From positions 1 to 64,000 of IMG/VR virus record IMGVR_UViG_3300049827_000271: 64,000 nt of DNA; one strand, written 5' to 3'. The notes under the pieces are model-generated. The model was not told the DNA's origin. It worked only from the letters and a program-made list of their open reading frames with translations, and did not search any database. Source of the DNA: a virus. Position 1 is the first letter of the stretch. Every line of letters starts with the position of its first letter. The position numbers and the translations under genes are program-made. Positions 35,552-44,630 of this stretch are shown piece after piece.

Positions 35552-38217
35552 CTCTGGATCATGTTCGAGTACTCCGACTCTACGCCATTGGAATCAACGC
35601 TGGTCGCCACGAACTGCATGGGTAGGAGCGGGATGGCCGCTGCGCTGACCGTCTGGCCGTTCGGGTCATCGGTCTGCGCGATGTCCGTCACGTAGAGCGT
35701 CCAGGAGTAGCCTTGGCTTCGTCTCCAATACAGGTTGTAGTGGTGAATGTTGTTCACCCGAGAGATATGAATGAGCGTCCGGTCGTTGGTGACGCTCTCC
35801 CTTGAAATCGACGGTGGCAATGCTGGGCCGTTTCCGCCTCCGCCAACCACCACAACTCCGCCCCCTTCGATGTCCTGAATGATCGGCGACGGATCAGGGC
35901 GCTGCTCTGGTGGAGGCGTGTTCAGGCATCCATCTCCGTAGCAGTTGTAGTTGTACGGATCATAGCTATATCCATCAAGCCCAGCCTCCATCGGCGGGCC
36001 TTTAGAGATGAGTTGAATTCCGGAGATGCCACAAAACTTTCCGTTCGTCGGTGTCCACCCTTCTTGTGGAATATCCATCAGGGCGATGAACAGTTTTCCA
36101 GTGTATTGCTCTCCGGAAGGTCGCACGCGAATGTTCGGGAAGAAGAGAACGCTGTAATCACGGAGATAAACCTGATACTGATCCCAGTGTTGGATGAATC
36201 CGTATTCCTCAGTGAGCACTGCGACATCCAAATTGTACCCCCACACGTAAACGTCGTAGAGTCCTTCCGGGAGCGGACCTAGCTCCAAGTTCGGCCAGTC
36301 CAGTGGCCCGCCTATTCCTCCCGCGCGCAATCCGTAGATAGCTTGCTTGCAAAGCGTGTCCTCTCCCGCCCTTGTTCCGGATGGCTCGACGGACTCAAAG
36401 CTTCCAGCCTCCGTCTTTATGGAGGCTCCGGAAACCGTATTTCCAGCCACGTCTATGAGCGGCTGGCCGGTTTCAAGCATGGCGGTTTCAAAGTGATTCC
36501 ATTGGTCGCCCGCTTTTCCGCGCACATACCCAAGACCGAAGATGTAGGCTACTCCGGTCTGTGGGAAGTGCGAAATGTCGTTATGGAACTGGATGGATAT
36601 GTTCTTGGTGTCCGCCGGAGGCGGTGGCGGATTGCACACTGAATAATGATAGACGTTGTTCTCGTTGTCGAAGTCATCCGCAAATAGAACCGTTTCCGAA
36701 AGGTCATTGTTCACACGCACCAGTTTCACATCATCCAGCAGATTTCCGTAAGAAACATCTTGGGATGACCCGGTGATTTCCGGACGTGTAAACTGCTCGA
36801 TCCTGATCGGATACTGTCCTCCATCTCCCGTGACGGTCAGTGAGTATTCTGTGAATGACTGGCGAGCGTTGTCCAATTCCACAACGCGCGATGTGAGTTC
36901 GTATTCCGCGCCAAGCCCAAATTTGACAGAGAATCCAGTGCGTTCCGTGCGCTGATTTCCGGAGAGCTTGCAGGATAGCTTATAGGTCTTTCCAGACTCC
37001 AAGGTGAATGAGTCACGGCTGACAATCCGCCCCGCCCAAGGAGCACTGGAGCCAACCAGGTCCAAGTAAAGTCCATGTCCAGGAATCAGATCGAATGTGG
37101 TCCACCCGAGACTGCCCTTGCCAATCAGGTCCACCTTGCCCGTGATATACCAGTTGCTCAACGATTCGATATTGAGCGCGCCATGACTCTCGTACACGTC
37201 TCCGTCTGGCAGGCAGTTGCCAGCGCAGAAGTAACCCTTCAAACCTTGCAGCCACACCTCTACTAGCGCCCCGGTGTCTGGGTAGGCCGACAGCAGGTAT
37301 CCGCCTTCAGAGAATGACAGGAGGGTGGTATAGGCAAGACCGTAAGAACGGATGGCTACGACGATTACCATTACGTTCTTTCCTGCGAGCGCGGCACGAA
37401 GGCTGTCTATAGTCTGGGCGGACAGGCTGGTATCCAAGCCATCGGTCATCAAGATCAGGACATTGATGTCGGCATTTCCTAGTTGCGAAACCGCTGCCGT
37501 TACACCGGCAGCCAAGTTCGTCTTCAACTCGGTGACGAATACACCGGAAAGCTGCGCTTCGATAAACGTCTGCTCTCCCGAAAGATCGCAAACGACCGAG
37601 GCTGTTTCATTGAAGGACGTGATGCCAACCCTATCTCCCTTCCGGTAGTTGACCTTGCCCACGAAGTCCGCGGCCAGCGACTTGGCGTAGATGAACTTGG
37701 ATGACCAGCCTTGGCCAAACGATTGCAGCATCGACTTGGAAGTGTCGATGGCGATCATTATGTCCACCTTCTTGCCCGCGCATTCGTCCGCGTTGGCCAT
37801 CACTTCAAGCTGGGCGTAGCCGATCAGGTTCTGCCAAGCTGCGCTTACTGTAGCTATACCCGGAGATGTTCCGGTGCAGTTTCCGGAAGACGCGCCAATG
37901 ACTCCGATCTGCTGCGAGAGCGCCCAGTGGACGCCAGCAGTAAGAACCGACTCGCTCTGTCCTGTGTGGAGAATCGCGTTGTACTGGACGTTACCAAGAA
38001 TTGGTATCAGCGCAGATGGCGGTCGGACCTCCAGTGTTTGCACGGGAGGCGGAGGATAAACGCACGGCAACTGCCCTCCGAAATTGAGAGCCGCCGGGTC
38101 TTGGCATGTGTTCGGCGGAGGGGGCGTGATTGTTCCACCGCCTCCAGCACCAGAGCCGATGGATGACTTCTGCGGCGAGATCGAGCAGCGGCGCGTATTC
38201 TCTTGGTCCCAGTTCAT
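35548..38217 (-). CDS. Virion adhesin-like protein: Ig-like (Big2) + vWA + carbohydrate-binding-like + FN3-like
   Basis: GTSPGIATVSA; MIDAS DTSKSM and LMTDG; VDLIG..YLDLVGS..LSGNQR; ATSVDSNGVESEYS. Confidence 0.8.
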   Translation of the reverse strand: MNWDQENTRRCSISPQKSSIGSGAGGGGTITPPPPNTCQDPAALNFGGQLPCVYPPPPVQTLEVRPPSALIPILGNVQYNAILHTGQSESVLTAGVHWALSQQIGVIGASSGNCTGTSPGIATVSAAWQNLIGYAQLEVMANADECAGKKVDIMIAIDTSKSMLQSFGQGWSSKFIYAKSLAADFVGKVNYRKGDRVGITSFNETASVVCDLSGEQTFIEAQLSGVFVTELKTNLAAGVTAAVSQLGNADINVLILMTDGLDTSLSAQTIDSLRAALAGKNVMVIVVAIRSYGLAYTTLLSFSEGGYLLSAYPDTGALVEVWLQGLKGYFCAGNCLPDGDVYESHGALNIESLSNWYITGKVDLIGKGSLGWTTFDLIPGHGLYLDLVGSSAPWAGRIVSRDSFTLESGKTYKLSCKLSGNQRTERTGFSVKFGLGAEYELTSRVVELDNARQSFTEYSLTVTGDGGQYPIRIEQFTRPEITGSSQDVSYGNLLDDVKLVRVNNDLSETVLFADDFDNENNVYHYSVCNPPPPPADTKNISIQFHNDISHFPQTGVAYIFGLGYVRGKAGDQWNHFETAMLETGQPLIDVAGNTVSGASIKTEAGSFESVEPSGTRAGEDTLCKQAIYGLRAGGIGGPLDWPNLELGPLPEGLYDVYVWGYNLDVAVLTEEYGFIQHWDQYQVYLRDYSVLFFPNIRVRPSGEQYTGKLFIALMDIPQEGWTPTNGKFCGISGIQLISKGPPMEAGLDGYSYDPYNYNCYGDGCLNTPPPEQRPDPSPIIQDIEGGGVVVVGGGGNGPALPPSISRESVTNDRTLIHISRVNNIHHYNLYWRRSQGYSWTLYVTDIAQTDDPNGQTVSAAAIPLLPMQFVATSVDSNGVESEYSNMIQR

Positions 38218-39794
38218 TTGCTCAGGAGTAGGGTGTCAATCACAGCACCGTCCACTGTCACCGCCTCAAGCTTCAGACGGTCGCTCTCCACGTATCCGCG
38301 AACAAGCCCGTGCGTGCTGTTAAACTTCGCCTTTGTGCCAGAGTGGTTTAAGGCAAGCGTGGTAAGCACGGCCCCGCTCCAGCCTCCAACAATGTGAGGA
38401 AGCCCTCCAACCTCGAACCGCTCATAGGCATGAGTGTGTCCGGATAACACCAAGTCTGCACCCCACGTCTTAAATGGCCACGAGCGCATCCATGTCTGGT
38501 TGAAATTTCCTGAGTGGTTTGTGTATGGCGGAACATGACTGACCACGATCTTCCACTTGGCTTGACTGGTTTGCAGTTGCGGCCTCAACCACCCGGCTTG
38601 CTCTGAATCGTATGTCCAGCCATCCGGCTCGTTTGTCCAAGTGCTGAGGAAGAACCAGTGAATGTCCCCGATCACCACGTCGTAGTAGTGTCGTCCGGCG
38701 GTCACGGGGAAGAACCGATTGAACCCGGCGTACAGATCGCCGTCGTACGTGTCGTGGTTTCCGATGGCCGGCCAAAATCGGTTGGTGGCCGCCGTGGGCG
38801 TGCGCAAGTAGTCGTAGAATGTGTCCACGTCGAACACATCCCGATAGATCGGCATGTAGCTGTGGCGGACATCCCCTCCGTGGACGACGTAGCGAGGATT
38901 GAACGACGCAGCCAGTTTCATCACGTCCGCAGACCAAGTGGTGCCAGCCTCTGTTGGTCCTGTGTCGCTGACGAAAACGAAATCCGCATCCGGGGACACT
39001 GCGGCATCCGCGTCGTAGCACGGGCTTCCCGTGGAACAACTCTGGCATGAGGCAGGACCGACGTTGACAATCCGGCGCTCCACCAAGTCCGCTTCCTCCT
39101 CGATCATCCCGTCGATGATCAGGTTCTGGCGGTGCTCCTGCCACTTGTTCTCGTGCAACACCAGTTCGTTCGAGTCCGGCTCGAAATGCCGGATGTGCTC
39201 GGTCTTCACATACTCCAAGACCGCTTGGGACAACTCAGGGTCTTCCCAGATCAGGTCGCTGTCAGACCACGCCCGCTTGTACCCGGACCACTCCACGAGC
39301 AGCCGCTCGTTCGAGTTCAGCCTTGGCGCCACGTAGAGCCGCTCATTGTGCAGGGAGAACTTTCCGAATATAGCCCGATGCTGGGTCAGTTTGTTGAACC
39401 GTGAGTCCGACTTGACCAGGCCAATCGGCATGTCCGGCTCGCGCATAGGAAGCTCCCAGCGCTCAAAGAACCGGCGGGAAAACTCACGCAACTCATGGAG
39501 GTCGCGATGGAACTCGTAGTTTACCTCGCAACAGTTGTCCGCCAAGGAGACGATGCGGGAGATGCGTCCGCGCGGCGGATTAAGGATGACGGTCATGCCG
39601 CTGGCGCACTCGAAATAGCAATCGCAGAATGGGATGATGTCCCTGTGCTTCTCGGCCATCTTGGGGACGACCCGCTGAAGCTCAATCAGCGCCCCGACAA
39701 AGAAAAGGTCGTGAGCGCTGATCTGATTCTCGGCCTCGCCGTAGGGAAACAGGATAGCCCGAATCTGGGTGGTGAATTGCGAGTATGGGATCAT
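38214..39794 (-). CDS. Putative head-tail adaptor fused to a metallophosphoesterase (purple acid phosphatase-like)
   Basis: C-terminal half: VSDTG, GGDV, IGNHD, SHVPPY, SGHTHAYER. The adaptor call for the N-terminal half rests on position and pattern. Confidence 0.75.
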   Translation of the reverse strand: MIPYSQFTTQIRAILFPYGEAENQISAHDLFFVGALIELQRVVPKMAEKHRDIIPFCDCYFECASGMTVILNPPRGRISRIVSLADNCCEVNYEFHRDLHELREFSRRFFERWELPMREPDMPIGLVKSDSRFNKLTQHRAIFGKFSLHNERLYVAPRLNSNERLLVEWSGYKRAWSDSDLIWEDPELSQAVLEYVKTEHIRHFEPDSNELVLHENKWQEHRQNLIIDGMIEEEADLVERRIVNVGPASCQSCSTGSPCYDADAAVSPDADFVFVSDTGPTEAGTTWSADVMKLAASFNPRYVVHGGDVRHSYMPIYRDVFDVDTFYDYLRTPTAATNRFWPAIGNHDTYDGDLYAGFNRFFPVTAGRHYYDVVIGDIHWFFLSTWTNEPDGWTYDSEQAGWLRPQLQTSQAKWKIVVSHVPPYTNHSGNFNQTWMRSWPFKTWGADLVLSGHTHAYERFEVGGLPHIVGGWSGAVLTTLALNHSGTKAKFNSTHGLVRGYVESDRLKLEAVTVDGAVIDTLLLSK

Positions 39795-39827
39795 TGTCAA
39801 TCCTCGCCCACCGCAAGGGCGAGCGCG

Positions 39828-40325
39828 TTACTCGGGCGGCTTCCCCTTGCGCGGGGTCGGCACGGGCTGTCCGGATGGATTGACCGGCTCACGCCGGGAG
39901 CCGGCCAAAGCCTTGGCAACGAGCACAGCGGGAGCCTCCGCAGGAGGAGCAGCCGACGCGGCCTGATCCGCGGCAGGCTGGGCATTGGATGCCGTTCCGA
40001 GAGGATTGGCCGACTCCGGCTTGTAGAGGCGCAGGTTGTTGGTGGACGGCCCGGAGTTCGGCTTCCACCCAAGGGAGGCCAGTTTTTTTTTGAGATCGGC
40101 GAACGTGGTAGCGTCGATGGATACCACGCCTCCAATGTGGCGCTGGGCCGCCAACTCAAGTTCGGAGATTTGCTTGGCGAGACGCTGGCCATCCGGCGTG
40201 TCTTGCGCGGCCACCGTCTCATCCAAGGCGATGAGCCGGATGTGCTGTCCGATGACGTTGTAAACCGGCTTGGAGCCGTCGCTGAAGAAGAACTCAGCCC
40301 TACCTTCGTGCTTGAAGTATTTCAT
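39828..40325 (-). CDS. Hypothetical head-associated protein
   Basis: In the operon after the capsid gene; Pro/Ala-rich tail. Confidence 0.7.
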   Translation of the reverse strand: MKYFKHEGRAEFFFSDGSKPVYNVIGQHIRLIALDETVAAQDTPDGQRLAKQISELELAAQRHIGGVVSIDATTFADLKKKLASLGWKPNSGPSTNNLRLYKPESANPLGTASNAQPAADQAASAAPPAEAPAVLVAKALAGSRREPVNPSGQPVPTPRKGKPPE

Positions 40326-40346
40326 GGTCGGTCTTTCGTCACTGGG

Positions 40347-40874
40347 TTATTTTCTCCACTGCGCATACCACAACCAGTAGCTGGTGTTTGTGGTCCGCGC
40401 AACCGTGTTGGTGACGAAGTGCCCGACGTAAACCTTGTTGGTTCCAGCGTTGGTAGCCCCCAAGTAAAGCAGGTACTGGGCGTTTCCGAGGTGGCTGACC
40501 GCGACATTCGTTCTGAATAGCGAGTAATTGCTGGCCGGAACACTGTAAACATAGATCGAGTTGTTCGTGCATCCAATAATACCGTCGTAGCTTGGTTGAA
40601 AGATGTGGATGACGGAATTCGCGCTGTTGCTGAACGACTTCTGACCGACGATGATGTCGATCCCGGTGGTGTTCTGCAACAGTTCGATCTTGGCCGCGGT
40701 CGGCATGTTGGAGGCAACACCGATGTTGATCTCGGTAGGTCCATTCGTGATTTGAACTTGCAGGAACGTGGTGTTCGCTGTTGCCTTCGGCGTCCAAGTA
40801 TCAGCCGACAGGGCGGTCAAGCAAAGAGATACAGCGATCCCGATGACGGAGGCGATTTTAGTGAAGATCTTCAT
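40347..40874 (-). CDS. Signal-peptide-bearing, Thr-Asn-rich beta protein directly after the major capsid gene
   Basis: MKIFTKIASVIGIAVSLCLTALSA/DT; long A-rich leader; 7 TN dipeptides in 175 aa. Confidence 0.8.
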   Translation of the reverse strand: MKIFTKIASVIGIAVSLCLTALSADTWTPKATANTTFLQVQITNGPTEINIGVASNMPTAAKIELLQNTTGIDIIVGQKSFSNSANSVIHIFQPSYDGIIGCTNNSIYVYSVPASNYSLFRTNVAVSHLGNAQYLLYLGATNAGTNKVYVGHFVTNTVARTTNTSYWLWYAQWRK

Positions 40875-40919
40875 TTGATTCTGCGTTTCGATTTTGTTCG
40901 GTTTTCGTTTCTTTCGAGA

Positions 40920-40948
40920 ACGCGGGCGGCGGTCTGCGCCGCCCGCGT
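40920..40948 (-). terminator. GC-rich hairpin after the capsid stop (weak terminator or stabiliser)
   Basis: 12-bp perfect stem ACGCGGGCGGCG/CGCCGCCCGCGT; poor U-tract. Confidence 0.55.
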
Positions 40949-40963
40949 CACACCACACTACAC

Positions 40964-42736
40964 TCAAGGGATGACACTGCAAGCTTTCGTGTAATCCACC
41001 GATCCACGCGAGATCGGTTCGATTTCCTGGCCCAGACCCTGGAAGATCAGGCCAGCCTGTGGGGCATTGCACACAGCGGTCCACCCAATGTTAATCAGTT
41101 CGATCCAGCGTTTGCGTCCGCTGATCTGGCACTGGAATTGCGGGTTGACCTGCGCCAGCTTCTCAATGTCGCCAACCATGCGGCTGACCTTCTTCGTGTT
41201 GATGATCCCCATCCGGTTGTACTTCCAGGGGAGAATCCAGAGTTGGCGGCCCGCCGTTTCGATCCCGGCGGAAGTGCGCCGCATGAGAATGTCGTCAAAC
41301 GCATCATGAAAGACGACGCGCAGGGTGACGCCCGGCGGGTACTGGAGCGGGTAGTCCTTGAAGAACACGTTCGGCATGGACGTGTCCTGCTTCGGGCTCA
41401 GGTCCATGAGGGACATGAGCGTGCCGCGCGTCTGGTCCTTCAGCATGTCAATCATGGCCGCGTTCCACGTTGGATACATGGCCTTCGGCATGAGCACCTC
41501 CACCGTGTTCCACGAGGGCATCCCGATGTCCCGGCGATAGCGGGTCAGCATGTAGAGCACGTCGATAAACGCCGCCATGTTGAATTTCTGGCCGGCGATG
41601 TCGATGACGCGACCGCGCGCGTAGTGCTGCCAGTAGATTCCGACCGCATTGGCCTTGCGGCTGACGTACTCAGTCGCTCCGGCGGTGACACTGGAGCCAA
41701 TCACGCCCGACGGATACTTGAACTCAGTCTTCGGGAGATCGCGGTAGAGGCTCAACGTCTGGTTGGAGTCGTAGGGCTGTCCAAAGAAGAACTGCTCGGC
41801 CAGGCGCATCTTGAAGTCCTCCGCGGCCTGCACGCGATAGCGGGCTTCCGGGAGATCGTAGAACTCTTTGTAGAGCGGGTTTCCATCGAGCAATCGGGCT
41901 TGCCAGAGACGGTAGGACTCGCTCACATTGAATGCGTCTTGCGAGAACTGAATCCAGAACGGATCAAGCTGGTTCGAGAGCAGTCCGGGCGGCTGGTAGC
42001 AATAAGGCTCGAACTCGCTGACGTTGTTGACCCCGCGAGTGAGTTCTCCAATGACGGGCGGAGTGAGATTCGGATTGGTCGCCCCCCAGTCGAAGGTGCC
42101 AGCCGGACTCGCGCCCATCGCCGGCTTCAGAACGAGCGTGCCCGCGCTGTACTTGATGACCTGCCATTGCGTGGGGCTGACGATACCGCCATCCGTGACT
42201 GTGACCGCTTGGACGAACATGGGGTTGGACGAGTCGATCAACCACCACGCCTCGTCATTCGGAACTCCTCCAGGACTGGAGATCGTGACCAGCCAGTAGC
42301 CGCCGGCTCCATCGGGTGTTCCGTCCACCAAGCAGCGCCGGCCGCCCGTGATGTTCCACGACTGGTTGTTGATCGGCTCTTCGCGCCGCGCCCAGATGTA
42401 GGGCTTGACCTCGTACTCGCCGCTCATGTTTTCCGGGGCAGAGAGCTTGGCGCTCATGTCGATGGCGTTGTCGGCCAGCAAATCGAAGAGGCCGTATCGC
42501 TTGATCCCCAATGCGTTGATGGTCAGGCGCCACATGAACAGGTCTTTCATGTTCCGCCAGTTGTAGTCGGGGTTGCCGGAGGTGAAGATGTTGGTCAACT
42601 CGTCCGGTTTCGGGTATTCCAAATTGGTCTGCGACATCAGGCCGCTGACATCCACAGAACTGCGGATGGCCGGCGCGCACTGGGCGAAGAACGTGGTGGG
42701 CGAAAATGATGCGACTTTATTTTCTGCGGATGGCAT
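40964..42736 (-). CDS. Major capsid protein (putative)
   Basis: Follows the scaffold; 590 aa; strong codon bias; EQFFFGQ...NAVGI pattern typical of HK97-fold capsids. Confidence 0.75.
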   Translation of the reverse strand: MPSAENKVASFSPTTFFAQCAPAIRSSVDVSGLMSQTNLEYPKPDELTNIFTSGNPDYNWRNMKDLFMWRLTINALGIKRYGLFDLLADNAIDMSAKLSAPENMSGEYEVKPYIWARREEPINNQSWNITGGRRCLVDGTPDGAGGYWLVTISSPGGVPNDEAWWLIDSSNPMFVQAVTVTDGGIVSPTQWQVIKYSAGTLVLKPAMGASPAGTFDWGATNPNLTPPVIGELTRGVNNVSEFEPYCYQPPGLLSNQLDPFWIQFSQDAFNVSESYRLWQARLLDGNPLYKEFYDLPEARYRVQAAEDFKMRLAEQFFFGQPYDSNQTLSLYRDLPKTEFKYPSGVIGSSVTAGATEYVSRKANAVGIYWQHYARGRVIDIAGQKFNMAAFIDVLYMLTRYRRDIGMPSWNTVEVLMPKAMYPTWNAAMIDMLKDQTRGTLMSLMDLSPKQDTSMPNVFFKDYPLQYPPGVTLRVVFHDAFDDILMRRTSAGIETAGRQLWILPWKYNRMGIINTKKVSRMVGDIEKLAQVNPQFQCQISGRKRWIELINIGWTAVCNAPQAGLIFQGLGQEIEPISRGSVDYTKACSVIP

Positions 42737-42802
42737 AGCGTATTTCAGTTTGACTGTTTCATCGAGTTTATCGAATGCACAGTACGTTAATCCGTACGCA
42801 AA

Positions 42803-42832
42803 AGGGCCGTCGCCTTTTTATGCGACGGCCCT
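42803..42832 (-). terminator. Hairpin with short U-tract between scaffold and capsid genes
   Basis: 11-bp perfect stem AGGGCCGTCGC/GCGACGGCCCT followed by TTT on the minus strand. Confidence 0.5.
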
Positions 42833-42885
42833 ACCAACCGCAGGCTTTGCCTGACACGCTCGCCCGCGCGGTTAGAGTTCTCCGC

Positions 42886-44349
42886 TCAACCATCCCCGTA
42901 AAACGCTCTGGCAAACACATTCATGGCCGAAGCCTCCTTGGCCGGAGCCGGACTTCCCGGCATAACCGCGGCCCCCGTGGAAGGTGAGGATGGCTTAGAG
43001 TCCGCAGCGGGAGCCGCAGCTTGAACCGGAGCCGCAGCCGTCGGCTTTCCTGGGGTGATCCCATGCTTGGCTAAGATTCGTTCTGCCTGCTTTCGAGCTT
43101 GTTCAGCGGCCTTGGCCGCATCACGGCTGATGATATTGGCCGCAGCGTGCTGCACGTATTCGGGGGTCAACGTCCAGTGCTTGGCCTTCTCGGCTCTTGA
43201 CAGCCGGTTGAATTGCGGAAGCGGAACAAACTCTCGCCCCTTGTCGTCCACCCTCAGTTCAGGGGTGGAAGCAATGTCCTGATCCAATGATTTGCAGAAT
43301 GTCTCCACTTCTTTCAGCGCCTCTTCCGACATGTCTGCGCCGGAAAAGGCCATGCGCGTGCTCTTCGTGAAGTTACTGACCCGTCGCACCGCATCCACCA
43401 AAATATCTCCGTCATCCGGGCGGGCTTCCAGATATTGCTCAACCCGTTTCTTGTCCAGTTCCCCGTCAGAATCCAAGATGGCCGCCGCATCCTTGCTACC
43501 AAGTAGATCAGCCGCCACCTCGACAACCTGCACGGCATCTCGTTTGGCCAGCGGAGCGGCCTCCATCGTGGCCAGCCGTCGCTCCAGCGCGAGGTTGCGC
43601 TCGATCTGTTCATCCAGCCTCCGCTGGATAGGAACTGTCTCCCGTTTGAGCTTGGCGACTTCCAAATCTTCATCCGTGAACTCAACGCCCAACGCCTTCC
43701 ACAACCCAGACGCCTCCTCGCCCTCCGGATCAAGTGACTTCTGCTTGATTGTCTCGATCACACGCTTCACCCCGTCCGCTGTTCCCTTCGGGTACTTGCG
43801 CGGGTTTGTAATCTCCAGTACTTGCGCCAGTTCAACCTGCTCGTTTTCCTCCGGAAGAAGCTCCACTTGGATACGTTGTGGTTGCTGCTTGGCGACCGCA
43901 GTGGCCACGGCAGAGGCGGCGGCGGAGGCGGCCACTTCGGCGATCTCCCGCTTATCCTCCGGGGCCATCCCTTCATAGCCCTTCGGGGTCTTCAGCTTCT
44001 TGAAGGCTGGCTTGACCGGCTCTTCCGGCTTCTTCTCCTCCGGCTTCTTCTCCTCCGGCTTCTTCTCCTCCGGCTTCTTCTCCTCCGGCTTCTTCTCCTC
44101 CGGCTTCTTCTCCTCCGGCTTCTTCTCCTCCGGCTTCTTCTCCTCCGGCTTCTTCTCTTCCGGCTTCACTGGCTCTGGAGCCGCGGCGCCCAAGAACGAT
44201 CCAGATAGTCCCGAATCAACTGGGACAGGTGTTTCAGTTCCGCCAGCAGGTGTAGTTTCCGGCGCAGTCGCAGACGGCTTGACCTCCGCTGGCGCTCCGC
44301 CATCGGCAGGCTTTGGGTCAAGGAGCAATTTGAGTGTGTGCATGTTCAT
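42886..44349 (-). CDS. Capsid scaffolding protein (putative)
   Basis: Low-complexity acidic/Pro N-terminus and coiled coils; lies between portal and capsid. Confidence 0.75.
   Translation of the reverse strand: MNMHTLKLLLDPKPADGGAPAEVKPSATAPETTPAGGTETPVPVDSGLSGSFLGAAAPEPVKPEEKKPEEKKPEEKKPEEKKPEEKKPEEKKPEEKKPEEKKPEEKKPEEPVKPAFKKLKTPKGYEGMAPEDKREIAEVAASAAASAVATAVAKQQPQRIQVELLPEENEQVELAQVLEITNPRKYPKGTADGVKRVIETIKQKSLDPEGEEASGLWKALGVEFTDEDLEVAKLKRETVPIQRRLDEQIERNLALERRLATMEAAPLAKRDAVQVVEVAADLLGSKDAAAILDSDGELDKKRVEQYLEARPDDGDILVDAVRRVSNFTKSTRMAFSGADMSEEALKEVETFCKSLDQDIASTPELRVDDKGREFVPLPQFNRLSRAEKAKHWTLTPEYVQHAAANIISRDAAKAAEQARKQAERILAKHGITPGKPTAAAPVQAAAPAADSKPSSPSTGAAVMPGSPAPAKEASAMNVFARAFYGDG
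44026..44160 (-). repeat. 9 tandem copies of a 15-bp unit encoding PEEKK
   Basis: (CGGCTTCTTCTCCTC)n on the plus strand. Confidence 0.95.
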
Positions 44350-44630
44350 TGTTGTTCGATTTTGATTTTGTTGTGGTGTGTCTTGGCCCTGAACTCTTTG
44401 AACAAGGCCAGAAATCGTGACAGTTCCAGCGCCCGCTTGTAATCTTCGCTTGACCCCAAAGTCAATTCGTTTTCCGTCATTCCCTCCAGCGCCCCTTGCG
44501 AGAATTGAATCCTAAGATGGTCTATCTCCGCACGCACTGTCTCCAAGAACTGATCCGCGTCACTCGATCTTAGCCAAGAGATAATCCGGCTGCTCCGCGC
44601 GTCCTCCAGGGGTTCTAGTCTTGATGTCAT
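44346..44630 (-). CDS. Small helical protein after the portal
   Basis: ATGA-coupled at both ends. Confidence 0.75.
   Translation of the reverse strand: MTSRLEPLEDARSSRIISWLRSSDADQFLETVRAEIDHLRIQFSQGALEGMTENELTLGSSEDYKRALELSRFLALFKEFRAKTHHNKIKIEQQ

Noticed and set aside
41138-42709. 523-aa plus-strand ORF antisense to the capsid gene (also 25403..26656, 19469..20542, 56047..56886)
   Set aside because: Shadow ORFs expected from strong GC3 codon bias; no recognisable motifs or start context.
43822-44365. LLLLR and SSGFF repeat ORFs
   Set aside because: Antisense readings of the PEEKK repeat.
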